NCBI GenBank assembly: GCA_013265495.1
Contig: MU058423.1
Location: 2,123,061-2,187,060 of the forward strand
Reading direction: 5' to 3'
Length of the DNA: 64,000 bases
Origin: Vicugna vicugna
Lineage: Eukaryota
The notes beneath the pieces were generated by a model. The model searched no databases, was not told the origin of the DNA, and saw only the letters and a list, made by a program, of their open reading frames with translations. The translations under genes were made by a program, and so were the position numbers. Within the stretch, counting starts at the first letter, position 1. Each line of letters begins with the position of its first letter. Shown here in pieces: positions 48,312-61,595 of this stretch.

Positions 48312-50391
48312 CCCATACATTCCCTACCAACACATAGGGACCCTCCATGTTCCCAAAACTGCCGCCTCCTGAGGCCCCAGGGAGCCCCACTTGAAGTTTT
48401 CCAGGAAGCGCCCCCTGGAGGTGGCAGTGGTGACAGCAGAAACAGCAGGAGAGACCCGAGGGGATGGGGAGGCTCTGGCTAGGACAGCCTGGAAATGTAC
48501 AAAGCCGATCTCTAGGGACCAAGCGAGAGACTGATGTCAAACCAAGGCTGAAAATATAGTCTGGAAAGTCACACGGCACCGTGAAAAATAAGCCGTTCTC
48601 CTCAGCCAGAGACATGGGCTGTGGGGAAGCAACATAAATCTCCGCTCTTTAGAGGCTCCAGACAGCAGGGGCTGCTAGCCTCCAGCATGCTTGCTGAGAG
48701 ATCTTGGGGGTCCTCATCCCATTCAGGGACCAGGGCACCTGCAACCACCCTCATCCTGAGAGCAGCCAGTGCCCTGAGAACTGAGGGCCTCCGAGAGGGG
48801 ACTAGCGGGTGGTCCTGGACCCCCTCCCCAACACCCACCCCTGCCCAGGGCATCTCTGGCTAAGCCATAGTGTGGTGGGGGACACACCCTCCCAAACTAC
48901 ACCCAGAGTGTGCAGAGAGCAAGAGCCAGTGCCTCGGTGTGGGAGTCAGGGTCCCTGATGGCACTAAGCTCTGACGAGCAGCTGGTGGGGGGTTCCAGCC
49001 TTCCCATCCCATGTTCTCCACCCACTTACCCTCACAAGTACTTAGGAGTTGCCCCTTTAATGCAGGAGAAACTCAGTTCCAGAGCTGTTGGGTGGCTGGT
49101 GTCCATCCTACAGGCTGGCCGGGTCAGGGAGGGCCCTGGGGTCCTCTCCAGTGTGAGGTTCTCAGAGACCAGACTTGCACTGCTCTCTGATGCCCAAGCA
49201 CCTCCCTCAGACTGATGTGAAGGGAACGGAGGAGCCCTGGGCCGTGAGGACTGGCCAGGGGATTGGGGCTTTCTGGGACAACCAGCAACAGGCCCTCAGG
49301 GCCAGCGATGTCAAAGGCATTCAAAGGCAGACATCCCTGCCCTCACCGGTCTTCACTCTCCATGAACTCCCAATTATGAAAGCAGCCCCAGGGAAAGAGA
49401 TGGGGTTCCCTACCGAAGCCACCGAGGTTAAACTTTCACCACTCCATGGCAATGGAGTTGAAAGAGAATCTGAGCTGTTTTAAGAAAATAAAGAAAAGTT
49501 GATCTCACTCTCGAGGTGGAGATTAAAATTTTTACCTTCTACACACTTTCATATCACTGTGTCTGGTTCCCTCTTCTGGTCTGCCCCTCCAACCTCTCTT
49601 TTTAACACCCCGGCTCCGGTGTTGTCCACTTTCCCAGTGCTGCCATCTCACTCCCCACCCCCAGCACCATGACCGTGCTCTCTCCTCCCAGCTTCTCCAC
49701 ACACAGGCCTCTTCACACTACATCTTAGTGTGTCACACACCTGTCAGTCCCCTCCTGCAGGGCTCCTTCAGGGCAAAGAGGTGCCTGTGTCATCGCTGCA
49801 AACTTCAGAGTTCAGCTCAATCCAGCCAGAGGGAGGGCTTGGCTCATGTTCATGGAATCTACCCAAACATGGGTCATTTGTACGCCAGCCTCAGAAAGAC
49901 CCTGAAAAGTCAGCAAAGAGCTGGAGCCCTGGGCTGGGAGGTGGAGGTGTAGTCAGACTGCCCTCCTCTGGGCACCTGTCTACAAAGCCCTGGACTTCAG
50001 GGCTCTGACAGTCGTGGGTGGGACTAGGTGGGTAGCAGGGTGCAGCTAAGGATGAGCTTTTTTACCTAGACAGTCAAGTGGAAGGTCAAGCCTCAGAGCA
50101 ATAGAGATATTTGTATGAAAACCTAAGTCAGTGTATATCGCTCAGCACAAAGTTCCATTCTTGCTCCCCACTTTACTTGGGGTGAAAACTGAAGTCCTTA
50201 GCATAACCCAAAAGCCCTGTGTGATCTGGTGCCCATTAACTCTTAACCTATCTCATGCTACACCCTGCCTCTTTCCTGTTCCAGCCACAGCAGGCCTCCT
50301 TGAACACCTACCTCAGGACCTTTGCACCTGCTTTTTCCCATAGCCCAAGTGTCACCTCTAGGGAAACCTTCCCTGACCAGCCTATTTGAAA

Positions 50392-50394
<3 letters not shown>

Positions 50395-50424
<30 letters not shown>
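50395..50424. repeat. (CA)15 microsatellite within an L2 fragment (~50110-50590)
   Basis: Read directly from the sequence. Confidence 0.9.
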
Positions 50425-50427
<3 letters not shown>

Positions 50428-52019
50428 ATCTTCCCTGTACCTCTTCCCTGCTTTATTTTTCTCCTTATCATTTATCACTAACCGATACCTATATATTTTG
50501 TTTTTTCATTTATTACTTCTCTCCCACACTAAAATGGAGGCTCAATCAGAGCAGGAATTTTTATCTGTTTGATGTTCATTATTCTAGTTGATTCACACTC
50601 CTCCCTTTAATAACCCATAACTTAAAATACTGAGATATAAAGTTAGCTACTATTAAGACATCTTATGTTAAATGATGAGAATAAGAGAGAGAAAAAGCCC
50701 CAAAATATTTGCTTAATGGAAATGTATATATAAACATATTCATAAGCAAATCCAGCCCTTGTTTCTACAACTGGCCAGAGCAGTATTTATAATTCCCTTC
50801 TTCCACTGAACAGTCTTTGTTCCCTTTGCCTTCAGTAAGTATCTCAATCAGTGGTCATCCTTGCAGGGTGGGGGCAAGGAGTTTTGAACACACAGTAGGC
50901 CCTCAAATGATATTTATTGAGTCAGGCAGGAAGAGGCTGGTCTACACATATCATAGGAAGTAGAAAGGAGCTCGTGTTTGGTTTGTGTAGACAGCAGAAA
51001 TAAATAAACCTACTGTAAAAGTTATACTCACAAGACAACTGTGCAACTTAAACACTCAGAGCAGGGAATATTCTCTTGTCGGTTTTTATTTCCCAGGGTG
51101 CCAAGACGCACAAACAGAGAGCTGTCACTCTGGCTGATGGTGAGGATCTCCCTGCCTCAGTTTCCCCGTATCAGTGGAGGGCTCCCTCAGGCTGGATGGA
51201 TGGGTGGGCTTAGGTGCTGAGAGGTTGTGTTCAGAGGAAGGCGGAAGGAAGGCAGTCCCTTGTGCCCCTGTGCTCCGCCCTCTGGCTGGCATTTTCCAGT
51301 GCCATAACCGGTGCCTCTAACAAGGCCCTGGGGACCCTGGGGGACTGCCACCAGGGTTTCTGCTGGTGCCCTCAGAGTTCTCCACTCTGCCTGCAGTCCC
51401 AGAGCACCCACCCTGGCAGCAGCTTCTCCTGAAGGCTGTGAGCCTGAGTATTGCTCCCGACAACCAGGTCCAGGCAGGCAAGCCAACTCCAAACCACAGC
51501 TTTCAGAAGGTCCAGCATTAGCCCTTACCTGGCCGCGGGCCCCAGAGAGACACCTGGGCTAGGCGCTCCGTGAGGGCAGGAGAAGATCTGATCATCCACT
51601 ATTAGATCCCCATCCCCAGCACTGGGACCTAGCTGTAGTTACAAAGGCAGCTAGCAAGATGGGCAGTGCAGCTGGTGGGGGTGGGTGCTGAGAGGGCCCC
51701 TGAGGACCAGCCAGGTCTCACTTCTGCCACCTATTGGCTGAATGATTCATCACTTGAATTCTTTGAGCCTCCATTGTGATTCCTTATCCGAAAGGTGAGA
51801 ATAGCAATGCCTTTCTCGCCAACTGTTTAAAGGTTGTGATGTGACCCTGTGTGTACTGCCGAGCCGGGGGCTGGCAGGACTGCCACAAAAGCCACAGAAG
51901 CACAGGCAGAGGCAGCGCTCCCTTGCCACACCTGTGTGACACCCTGGGTGCTGCTTCCATGGGGGCCTCTTCCACCAAACACACCTCCCCACTCGCTCGG
52001 CAAAGCCTCCTGCTGTGCT

Positions 52020-52494
52020 GTGTGCCAGCAGGACCATCCTGTATCAACCAGTGAATCAGAACCAGTAGGAGATTCCTGTGGGTTTATTACAAGGAACTGG
52101 CTTATGTGAGTGTGGGGCCTGGTAAGCAGGTCCAAGGTCTATGGGGCAGGCAGGAAGGGAAGATCGCAGGCGGGCTGAAACCCACAGGTACCAGCCAAAG
52201 CTGTTGGCCACAGGCCTAGGTCCCTCACAGGGGAGGCCGAAGCCTTCTCTTAAAGGGCTTCCGACAGGCTGAGCCAGGCCCATGCAGGATAATCTCCATA
52301 ATTTAAAGTCAACTGATTAGGGACTTTAATCACCTGTGCAAAATCCCTTTACAGCAGCACGTGGGTTACTGCTTGATTGAGTAACTGGGAGATGGGGAGT
52401 GTCAATTCCCAAATAGCTGCTACCTCCTTTCTGTTCTCCAAGTCCAGGAGAGACTGGGATTCAAGCCAAGCCAGGTCACCATGAAGCCATCACA
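52020..52494 (-). mobile_element. MLT2-like ERVL solo LTR
   Basis: cagaaccagtaggagat...tttattacaaggaactggcttatgtg...gataatctcc...aaagtcaactgatt...gccatcaca terminus. Confidence 0.7.
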
Positions 52495-54129
52495 TACCCC
52501 ACTGGCTTAAATCTGCATAAAGACACACTAGTCACACTTCTTGTTGATGTAACAGTCACAGCTTACAAAGCACCTGGGAGTTCCATTGTCTTACATAATC
52601 CCCATGACAGCTCTCTGAAGGGTATTTAATGATTTTACTTTACTGGTGACTTACCAAATGTCACACACAGCTGCTAAATGGCAGGGCTGGGACTTGAGCT
52701 TTTGTGGACCTGATTCATCCACTCCTCTCCAGAGTGACTGTGTTAAGGAGAGGGAGGAGAGAAGAGCTAGGGGTTCAGACTGTATTTGAGAAAAGGCCAA
52801 AAGGACAGAGACTCAGGTTTTGAAGACAATCTTTGTCTAAATTTTGGCTTTGCTGGGACCCATCCTGGCTGATAACAAGATAAGGTGTCATGAAGACGGG
52901 ATGATTTTACTCTCCTGAATAAGATGCTCAAAAGGTGCCATTTCTTTCCTCCAATGAAATTTAATCTGCACCAAGCCTCCATTTTACCAGTCCAGAGAGG
53001 AATTCAGTTTGCTGTTATGGGAGCTCCCTTGCCCACTCTCCATCAGAGGCGAGCAAAGGCCCTGGGGTCTCCCACGTGGCAGCACATTCAGGGAAGGGCC
53101 CACTGGTCCCTGAGTGCACTGTCCACATAGATACGCCCACTGACCAGTCCTCATTTGGTCTCTGCTGAGAGTCAACCTTCTCAACTGCAGCCCTCGTCCT
53201 CAAGCCCTGCCACCTTTGTGGAGTGCCACAGTGAAGGGTGGCCCCTCCCAGCTGCCTTGGAGCCCATCCTTTCCCCTTTAGCATGTTTTCCTCCAAACTT
53301 CCTTTCCACTACCTTCTCCTTCCTACAAGACAATCCAGCATAATCCCCTCAATGAACCTACATTTTTACAAAACAAAAGCCAGGAAACGGTAAAAGTGAT
53401 CTAGCTGACAACCAGCCTGCCATTTTCAACCCTCCCCGCACCCCTCTCCAAACAGCAGCAGCAATGACAAAGCTTACTGACCATTTACTGTATACTAATC
53501 ACCTCACTTGCGTTCATTCATTGAATCTAAAGTAGATGCAATTATTATTAGCCACTTTTACATAGGATGAAAACAGAGGGCTGAAGTCACATGTCCAAAG
53601 TCAGCCCAGCTCACAGGCAGCTCCCAGCATTCGGACTGCAGTCACCTGTGTTCTCACCATCGCTCTGTGCCACCTCCCACCCAAACAGGTATAAGGCAAG
53701 GTGGCACAAAGGCCAGCCTGTGATCTTGGGATGGGGGAAGGACTATTAGCTACAAATGCAAATTCAAGTCACAAACTAAAATTGCGATACATCTTCCCAT
53801 ACTGGCAGGTGAGGAGTAGGGAAGGGGAGTAAAAGATTCAGATGTTGATCTGCTATCTACCAGATCCTTGACTTCCCCTCTTTGAATGTCAATCCCCTCC
53901 ATTATAAAATGAGGATGGTGATCCCAACCGTCCAGGCTTGATGAGAGAACCAAAAGAGAAAGAGTGCGTGCAGGCTCTTTGTAAACTCTGAATCCTGTAG
54001 GTGTTTCACTTTAAGGGTGTAGGGCAGAACGTCTGTCTCACCAACACCTGGGCCAAAACAAAACCAGCCCAGTGCCAAGGTTAAGCCACTGTGCTGGGAG
54101 TTAAGGGACCAAGCCAGAAATTCCCTTAG

Positions 54130-54520
54130 AGACCTAGACAAGAGAGTTTGCTTTCCTGTGCTAAAGATGCTGGAAAGAACAAAACTACATTTCCCAGACT
54201 CCTTTGCAGCTAGGGCCCACGTGTGACCAAGTTCCACCAAGAAAATTCTTACCTGAGGCTTGGAGGGGTGGAGGAAGGGAGGTGTGGTGGTAGAGAGAAG
54301 TGTGAGGCAGCAGGTGGGGGGAGATGAAGCCTCCGGGGTGAGCTGCAGGAGGTTTCCAGTGCCTCCTTCCTATGGAGAGAGCGACAGAGCAGTGTCTCAC
54401 CAGATCAGGGAGTTCTCCTGGCTCTGCGATGTCTTGGCTCTCTCCAAGATTCTATGAACTACCTAATATCCTCTAATAAATTCCTTTCTGCTTAAATCAG
54501 CCAGAGTGGAATTCCTTCTC
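54130..54520 (+). mobile_element. LTR33/LTR16-like ERVL solo LTR
   Basis: tttcccagactcctttgcagctaggg...tgtgacc...aataaattcctttctgcttaaatcagccagagtgg. Confidence 0.65.
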
Positions 54521-54764
54521 CCAGATGGGTATTAGAAGAGATTCTAAGCAAGAAACCCTCAAGGATATGAGAATCTGGGACTGGTTTCCAAATGAGCAAG
54601 TTGCATTTCCAGACAGCAGAGAGCTGGTTAGCATCAGAACACGGGATTTTCGTGCTAGATGACACATCGTGATGAAACAGCTACTGCTGTCACCCTGAGG
54701 TCTCCACAATAAGGTGTCTGTGGGAGGCAAGGCTTCAGTAACTTAGCTGCTGAAGTAAACCTTT

Positions 54765-55260
54765 AAAATAAACTTTTATCATGAAAGATTTCAAACAAAC
54801 ACAAAAATAGAGTAGTACGATCAGCCGTCACACACCCAGTTTCTACCGTCATCTCTCATCATTCTGTCACTCTGGAAACATCTTCTGTCCCAATTCACTG
54901 GATTGTTCTGGAGCAAATCTAATGTAACATTCCATCCAGAAGTACTTCAGTGTGCTTCTCTAAAAGGTGATTTTAAAAAATATAGCCACAATAATATATC
55001 TCACTTTTTAAAAAGTTAGCACTAATTCCTTAATACTATCAAACATCCAGTCAGTATTATTTGCCCATTGTTTTGCCTTGTTTTTCTAACTGTTTGTTCA
55101 AATCTAGATCCAAATAGCCCCTTACACTGCAATAAGTTGACACATCTCATAAGTTTCTTTTAATATATAGATTTCCCTCCCTCTTTCACCTTCTCTTTAT
55201 TTTTTCCTTCCTGTTGAAGGAATTGGGTCATTTGTTCAGTGAAATTTCCCATACACCAAC
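54765..55260 (-). mobile_element. Old L1M (MC-type) 3' fragment
   Basis: ttttatcatgaaagatttcaaacaaacacaaaaatagag...aattccttaatactatcaaacatccagtcagt. Confidence 0.6.
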
Positions 55261-56234
55261 CCCGTCTAGATTGTTGGAAAGTTAAAATCTGCATTTCTAA
55301 GACCCTCTTTCAACTAAGGTTTCATCACAACCTGGCTTCTCCTAGGCAGAGCACCCACACATGACTTGTAGGTGGAAGTGAGCCAAGTGAGAGGTGGCTC
55401 TTCAGGATGGGGCTGGAGGCATCAGAGTCCCCAGGGCACCCATGGTGGGGACCCTGGATTCTCATTCCTGGGACCCTGGAGCCAAGTGGCAGGTGGGGTG
55501 GCAATCTGGGTGCCCCTCTTGCCTGCAATGCTCCCAGCTAAGTGTCCAAGCCTGGTCCCTGGGCCCTCCCAGAGACCTTGTAGACCACCCTGCTCCATGC
55601 AATAAATCCCTGTAGGTGTGAACTGGTCAGAGGGCATTCTGTTGCCTGCAGTAGACATCAGTGTTGGGGGTAGGCATAAAATAACCCTTAATTCTGCACA
55701 GTTTAGAGTTTACAAAACACTTTCACATACATCATGTCATTGGGTACTCTTAACTACCCCCACAAGGAGGGCATTGAACAGACGAGCCCGCTGAGGGTCA
55801 GACCAAGCAGCAGAAGTCCCCTGGTTAAGGAGCCCCTCAGGACTCCACCCCAAGCCTTCAGATTCCAGATCTCTCTTCTCTCTCACTGTCCACCCCCACT
55901 CCTCACAGCTGCCAGACTCACAGTACAGACAAGGGGAGGCTGGTGCTAAGATGGCTCCAGGAAATAAGGCAGCACAGACAGATGCAGAGGTTGGAGAAGG
56001 ACCCTTCACCTTGTGTGAGATGAATGTGCATTCTCTGCAAACATCTCTGCCCAGTGATGTCAGCAGCGGGGCCACTTCGACAAAGTCTTGGGGTCTGAGC
56101 GCCCCGACCCTCCGCTCCTTTCAGCCTGGCTGTGTTGGAGGGAGGAACAGCAGCAGTCAGGAAAGGCAGCCATCCAAGCTAGAGCCCTCTCTGTCGCCCC
56201 AATTCTGTCACCAAAGCCTCTTCAGAGTCCCTGT

Positions 56235-56236
<2 letters not shown>

Positions 56237-56268
<32 letters not shown>
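56237..56268. repeat. (GT)16 microsatellite
   Basis: Read directly from the sequence. Confidence 0.9.
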
Positions 56269-56270
<2 letters not shown>

Positions 56271-59200
56271 GGGTTGTGCACTTAGAGTGGTCAGGGAAAT
56301 AAAGTGGAAGGCGGCTCAGGGGACCCTGAGAATACTTCAGCTTTCTCCAATACACGGTCATTCAAGTTTAAGTAACAGCAGTGGCCTGAGGTTGTCTGGC
56401 TGAGAGGAGGGGCCGGTGGAGGGCGGGCTCTGAGGGCCTCCCGCCTGCCCTTTCTGATGGGCAGTGGCTTTGATCCTGGGTTCTGAGGCTCATAAATAAT
56501 GTCCCGGGCTCGGGTGCCCTGGGACTTCTCCAAGGGCGGCTGGCTGACAAGGCCAACTCAGCCAGGCCTCGTGGGCAGGCCTGGCCCCACTGCAGTTGGC
56601 CATGAAGGGTTTATGGCCGGCGACCGACAGTAGTTACCTCAGATTTATCGCCCTTCTACAAGGGCAGAGGGAGCCGCTAAAGGCTGCCAGGGAGCCCTTA
56701 AATCACTGTGATGGGAAATGCTGTCAGAGGCAGCAGAGGGCAGGGAGGTGGGAGCCATCCTGGGGACTTGGGTTTCCTGCTGGCTCCTTGGGTTACAGTC
56801 CTTTCCAGAAGGGGATTTATAGCCCTGGAGCTCAGAGGAGCTAAGGAGCTCCCAGGGCGAGGGAGACCAGAGGAAACACAGGAGCTAAGCCAAGAGCATG
56901 AGGGCACTGGGTGCAGCTGAGTCAGCCTGGGCAGAGGTGTGAGAGGAAGGGCAGGGACCTAGCACCAACCTCCTGGCCGAAGTGCCGTGAGAGGCGGCCG
57001 GCGGCCCACTGCCTTGGCCAACACTGCCTGGTCCCCCCTTCCTGGCAGCACGTCCATCTGTGATCAAGGCTGTTTGTGGCCACCCTGTGTGTGCAGATAT
57101 CTGTGCCCTTTCTCTGGGTGTGTGTCTAGGGGTTTATATCTGCAAAAATGTGCATGCATGCAATGAGGCTATTTCCCATCCAGCACGGGGCTGGGGAGAT
57201 GTGCCTATGAATTAGTATTGTACGTGTGCACAGGTAGGGAGGAGAGTGAGGACATAGCCAAAGGTAGTGGGTTCTGGGTCCTTGTTCACACCTGCCTACT
57301 GGATGAGTCAGCAAATAAGAAAGAGGACACTGCGAGGACAGGGAGAAGAGCTAGGAGGGTTTAACAGAAGGGCAACTACGAGTGAAGGGGATGGGAGGAA
57401 AGAGAAGGTGGGTGGGGGTGAGTGGAAAGAGATATAAAACTAGAGAGAGAAAGAGCTGAAAGGAAGTACCCAGATGTCCGCACAATGCAGCCAAATCCGC
57501 CCCAAACGTGGTCAGAGAGAACCGGAGAGAATGGGCAGAGAAAAGGTACAGGAAGAAAAGCAGAAAGGACGGGAGAGGAGAGAGGTGACCCAAGAGGGGA
57601 AGATTGGGCGAGGCGACTGGTGGGCACATCATCTGCTCCAGGGAGCCTGGGACCTGGGCAGTTTTCTTGCCTCAGCCGTCTGCACGAACAACAGCTGGCT
57701 CAGCAGCAGGACGTGAACGCAGCGCAGGCTGCCCTCCGGCCACTGCCCTGCCACAGACTGGCAGCCACCCAGACCCGGCTCACAGCCCAGAGAGAGTGAT
57801 CCAGGCTGGGGCCGAGATGGGGAGCAAGCTTGCCACCTTGGAGAGTTCACACGGAAAAGGGAGTCTCTGTCCTCAGACATAACGTGAGTTGGCACTGACG
57901 TAAGTGTGCAGCACCCTTGCAAAGCCCAGCCGCCACCCAATACACAAATGTGTGCACATCCATCTCCATGTCCCTCCAGGTGTCCTTTGAGCACCCCTGT
58001 CCTAACTGCCTGAGGCATCACTTGAACATAGCTAAGTTGGTCCAGGCCACCTCTTCCTGCTGCCCTAGCAGTCCCTGGGCTTGGCTCTGCAAAGCCTTCC
58101 CTTTCTGTCCTTGCATTTACCATGTGGGATCTTCTGGCTGGGCTGCCTGGGCTGGGCTGTGTCAGCTGGGCTCCAGCAGCCTGAACCCCAAAAAGCCAGG
58201 TCTGGACCCAGATACTGCATGTGGCACAGAGCCTATAAGCTCCGTATTTCTGCAAACCTGGCTCTGCCACTATGGACCCAAACCTATGGGTGTGAGGAGT
58301 TGGGAGGATGTCTGTGTGTGTGTGGGTGTGCACCTTGGGTACTTCATGTGACTCTGGGTGTCAAGAGGCACTCAGCCAGATCAGAAGCTGGGTGTGCTGA
58401 GTCAAGTGACAGCTCTCCAGATGTGACATGTGGACCCCTAGGTGTCAGGAAAAGTCCCTCAGATTTCCTTCAGCTGCCCCTCTTTCCCATCCTTCACTGG
58501 CGTCTGGGCCTTTGAGAGATCCTCTCCCTCTGAATGTGGGCAGGATCTGACTTGATTCTAACTGTAACATCAGGCATCTAGAGTCTCTGAGCCCCTGGAA
58601 CACTATAAGGTCCCTCCTTCTCCAACATCTGCAAGAATTTTCACTCTGACAGACCATTCCCTACCCCATCTTTCAGAGCTATGGGCAAAAACCATGCCTC
58701 AAGCTGCCAGCACAACCCCACATCTCAAGCCCAGACTGTGGCAGGACCTCTCCCAGCCCCTCCACTGTACCATGCAGCAAGGGACAGCAGGGGGCGTGCT
58801 TCTCTCTAAACCACGTTCTCAGGGAGACAGGGCTCCTTGTCTACCAACCTAAGTCCCTAGCACAAAGCCTGGCACATAGTAGGACCATCATCAATCTGTA
58901 TTCATTGAAGAATATAGGACTTATGAAATAACACATGAACCAGGATGCCGGGCCTGTTTCCATCAGAGACTGCTTCGCCAGAGGCCAGTGGACCGAGGGT
59001 GTTAGCCTACAGTGATACACAAAGGAGTTAGGAGGAGCAGCCAGGTTTCACTGTGGATAAGAACACAAATTTGGAAACCTGGATGCAGTGGCTGTCCTGA
59101 GATGCCTCCTGCCTGAGCAAAGTAGTTACCTGTAGGGACCTCTGTGTCCTTTCATGGTAGGAGAGAGGTGCTAAGTACAAACTACATGCCCAAGGCTGCA

Positions 59201-60731
59201 GTTAAAAAAGAGCGCCTTCCCCATTCCTACCACCCCTCAGGGGTGACAGCAGAGGAGAGAACAGGCAGCCTTCAGCTGGTTTGCTGGCACAGATTTAAAT
59301 TCACCTTTGAAATAAGGTGAAACTGGGTCAGGGGAGGATCTCTGCAGCAGGCAGCCCAGGAGCTAGAGCTCTTCAGACAGAATAGGATTCTAACCCATCG
59401 CTGGAGTATGAGGGATTGCTCTGTTCCCAGTCTCCCAATAGTCCCTGCTACATGTCAGTTCACCCATTAGGGGACAAAGCCTGTCACCCCACGATAAGAA
59501 ACACGGCATTGCGTAAAATATCCCTGGGAGCGGTAACAAAGGGAAGCGAGTTCTTGTTAATTTCCAAGTGGTGGGGCATCCTCTCCTGGGCTCAGCCTTT
59601 GTGGGAAGGGACGGGAGCAGGGGCCCCTTGGGAAGGATGGAGTCAGTAGTTCGGGGCAGTCACGGGCACGGAAGGGCAGGACAACTCTCTTTCCTCCCAT
59701 TTTGGGTTGGAGTCATCCTCCCCTGCAGCACTGTGGACAAGCAGTGGAGGTGGCTGCTCTCAGCCAGCCCTGACTCTCCCACTAACTGGAGAGAAAACGA
59801 AGGCTTCCGCATCCCTCATGCCAGCTTCTCTCGACAAAAGGAATAAAACGGCCCACCTGTTTTTATCACTCACAGATTTCCCAGGAAATGGGCTATTAGT
59901 TCCCCTGGTGTAAAGATAATAGGCTCGTCCCTCCTGGCAAATGGCACTACCCCAGCACAGACACACTCGCAGAACCCTCAGGAGGTCTCTCCTGCAGAGG
60001 ATGGAGGACTTGGGGGCAGGACCAGAGCCCAGACAGGAACCAGGGGGCTGGGGCTCCCCTACCTCCAACCACAGCCACCCCGAGCTGTATGCTCAGTGCC
60101 CTGGGAGAGGCCTCGGAGGCCCCAGTTTTCCTCTCCTCCTGGCTGGTGGGGCAAGGGATGTGGCATTGGTAAAGGAGATGGTCATTAGCTGGGACAGGAG
60201 ACAATGGCTATTAAGCAGGTTCATGGAGGCAGACACGCAGTTTCAGGGGTCTCTTCCTGCCATTGCCACTGACCCTACCCCAGAGCACATCACTCTCAAT
60301 TGTACAGTTGCCACATCTGACCCTCATAAACACCTATGCAAGAGTGGGTGAGCAGATACTATTATAATGTGCCCCAATTAATAGGATGCAGGGACCCACA
60401 GGCCAAAGAAAGGATGCTTCCCAGGGAACCAAGCCTTCTTCTTCTAGACTGTGCCTTCATCCCCTTCTTTCTTTCTCTATCACCTAGGATAGATCGACTG
60501 CAGTAACAGAACTTCTGGGATTTTAGGAGACCGGGCTCTTGGGGCGCTCCTGGCCCCCCTCACACACGGGCAGTGGGGGCTCCTCAGCACCTTGGCAAGG
60601 GCCCCTCTCTCACACTGAGAACAGAGAAGAGGGCCTGTAGTCTGTGGGGACTGGCCCCTCCACTCTGAGCCCAGGACCCCGCAATGTGCAGCTGGCACCC
60701 GGGCATTTAGTCTCACAGGCTGAAATCCGGT

Positions 60732-60750
60732 TTTATGTTGTTGCTTTACT
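60732..60750 (-). terminator. UBL4B: Candidate non-canonical poly(A) signals of UBL4B (AGTAAA 60750-60745, CATAAA 60737-60732)
   Basis: I saw no AATAAA on the minus strand in the ~1 kb after the stop; these two known variant hexamers sit together ~850 nt downstream. Confidence 0.4.
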
Positions 60751-61595
60751 TGTCCCACTTATGCCCTCTCTCTCCATCCAGGCTGCATGCTCTGTCAAGG
60801 CAAGGATCCCGGCTGGTACCATTTTTGCTCCCAGGGAGCCTGGGCAGTGCTGGGCAGGAAGTAGGGGCTCAGTGAGACCTGGTGGTTGATGGTACTTGGG
60901 GCAGGGGGTGGGCACATCTCTGTTCATGCTGGTCATGTGAGTGTGTGATGTGTGATGCCCTTTCTGCCTAAGCCTCAGCTTCCTGCTCTTCCCAGTCTGT
61001 GTGTGTCTCCCTGAGAGCTCCAGGCCTGGCACACAGTAGGTGTTCCCCTCAACTCCTACATCTGCTGTCCCTGTCCCTTAAGCTGTGGAAGCATAGCAGG
61101 TAGACAGCAGAGACAGCCTCACCCAGAGGACAAGGGCCAGCTACCTGGCCTTCTTCTCCCCTTGGCTATCAGGGGTCTGGGGGTAGGAACCATGGGGTGG
61201 AAGAATTGAACTCACATCATCTGTTCCCCTGGAGAAAGAGGGTCTGTCTACAGCCATGGAGACTCCAAGCTAGGAGGTGTGCTGACAGCCTGGGCGTGTG
61301 CAGGCAAAGCTGCGCATCCCAGGAGGCAGTGCGCAGGCTTTGCTGCCCCTTTCGGGCTGCCCATGTGGTGATCAGAGCCCTTCTAGGGGATGGGGATGGA
61401 ATCATTCTGTGTTTCAGAGGGGAAACCACAGGCCCAAGAGAGGACAGAGGGGTCCAAAGTCCCTCCAGCTGCTTTGAAATTTCAAAAAGGGGTGAAGATG
61501 CATCGACATCAGCAGAAACTATTGCAGAGCCACCAGGGAACACTTAAGGATGAGGCCAGACGAATCTGAGTGTGCAAATGAGTAGGATGGCCGGT

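Noticed and set aside
57629..58333. 234-aa minus-strand ORF (also the 224-aa ORF at 25682-26356)
   Set aside because: Low-complexity composition, no domain, no supporting splice or promoter context; consistent with chance ORFs in GC-rich DNA.
59724..59744. RE1-like TGCAGCACTGTGGACAAGCAG (and a lone left half-site TTCAGCACC at 31619-31627)
   Set aside because: Mismatches in the critical GGACAGC half, or no correctly spaced partner half-site; too weak to call.
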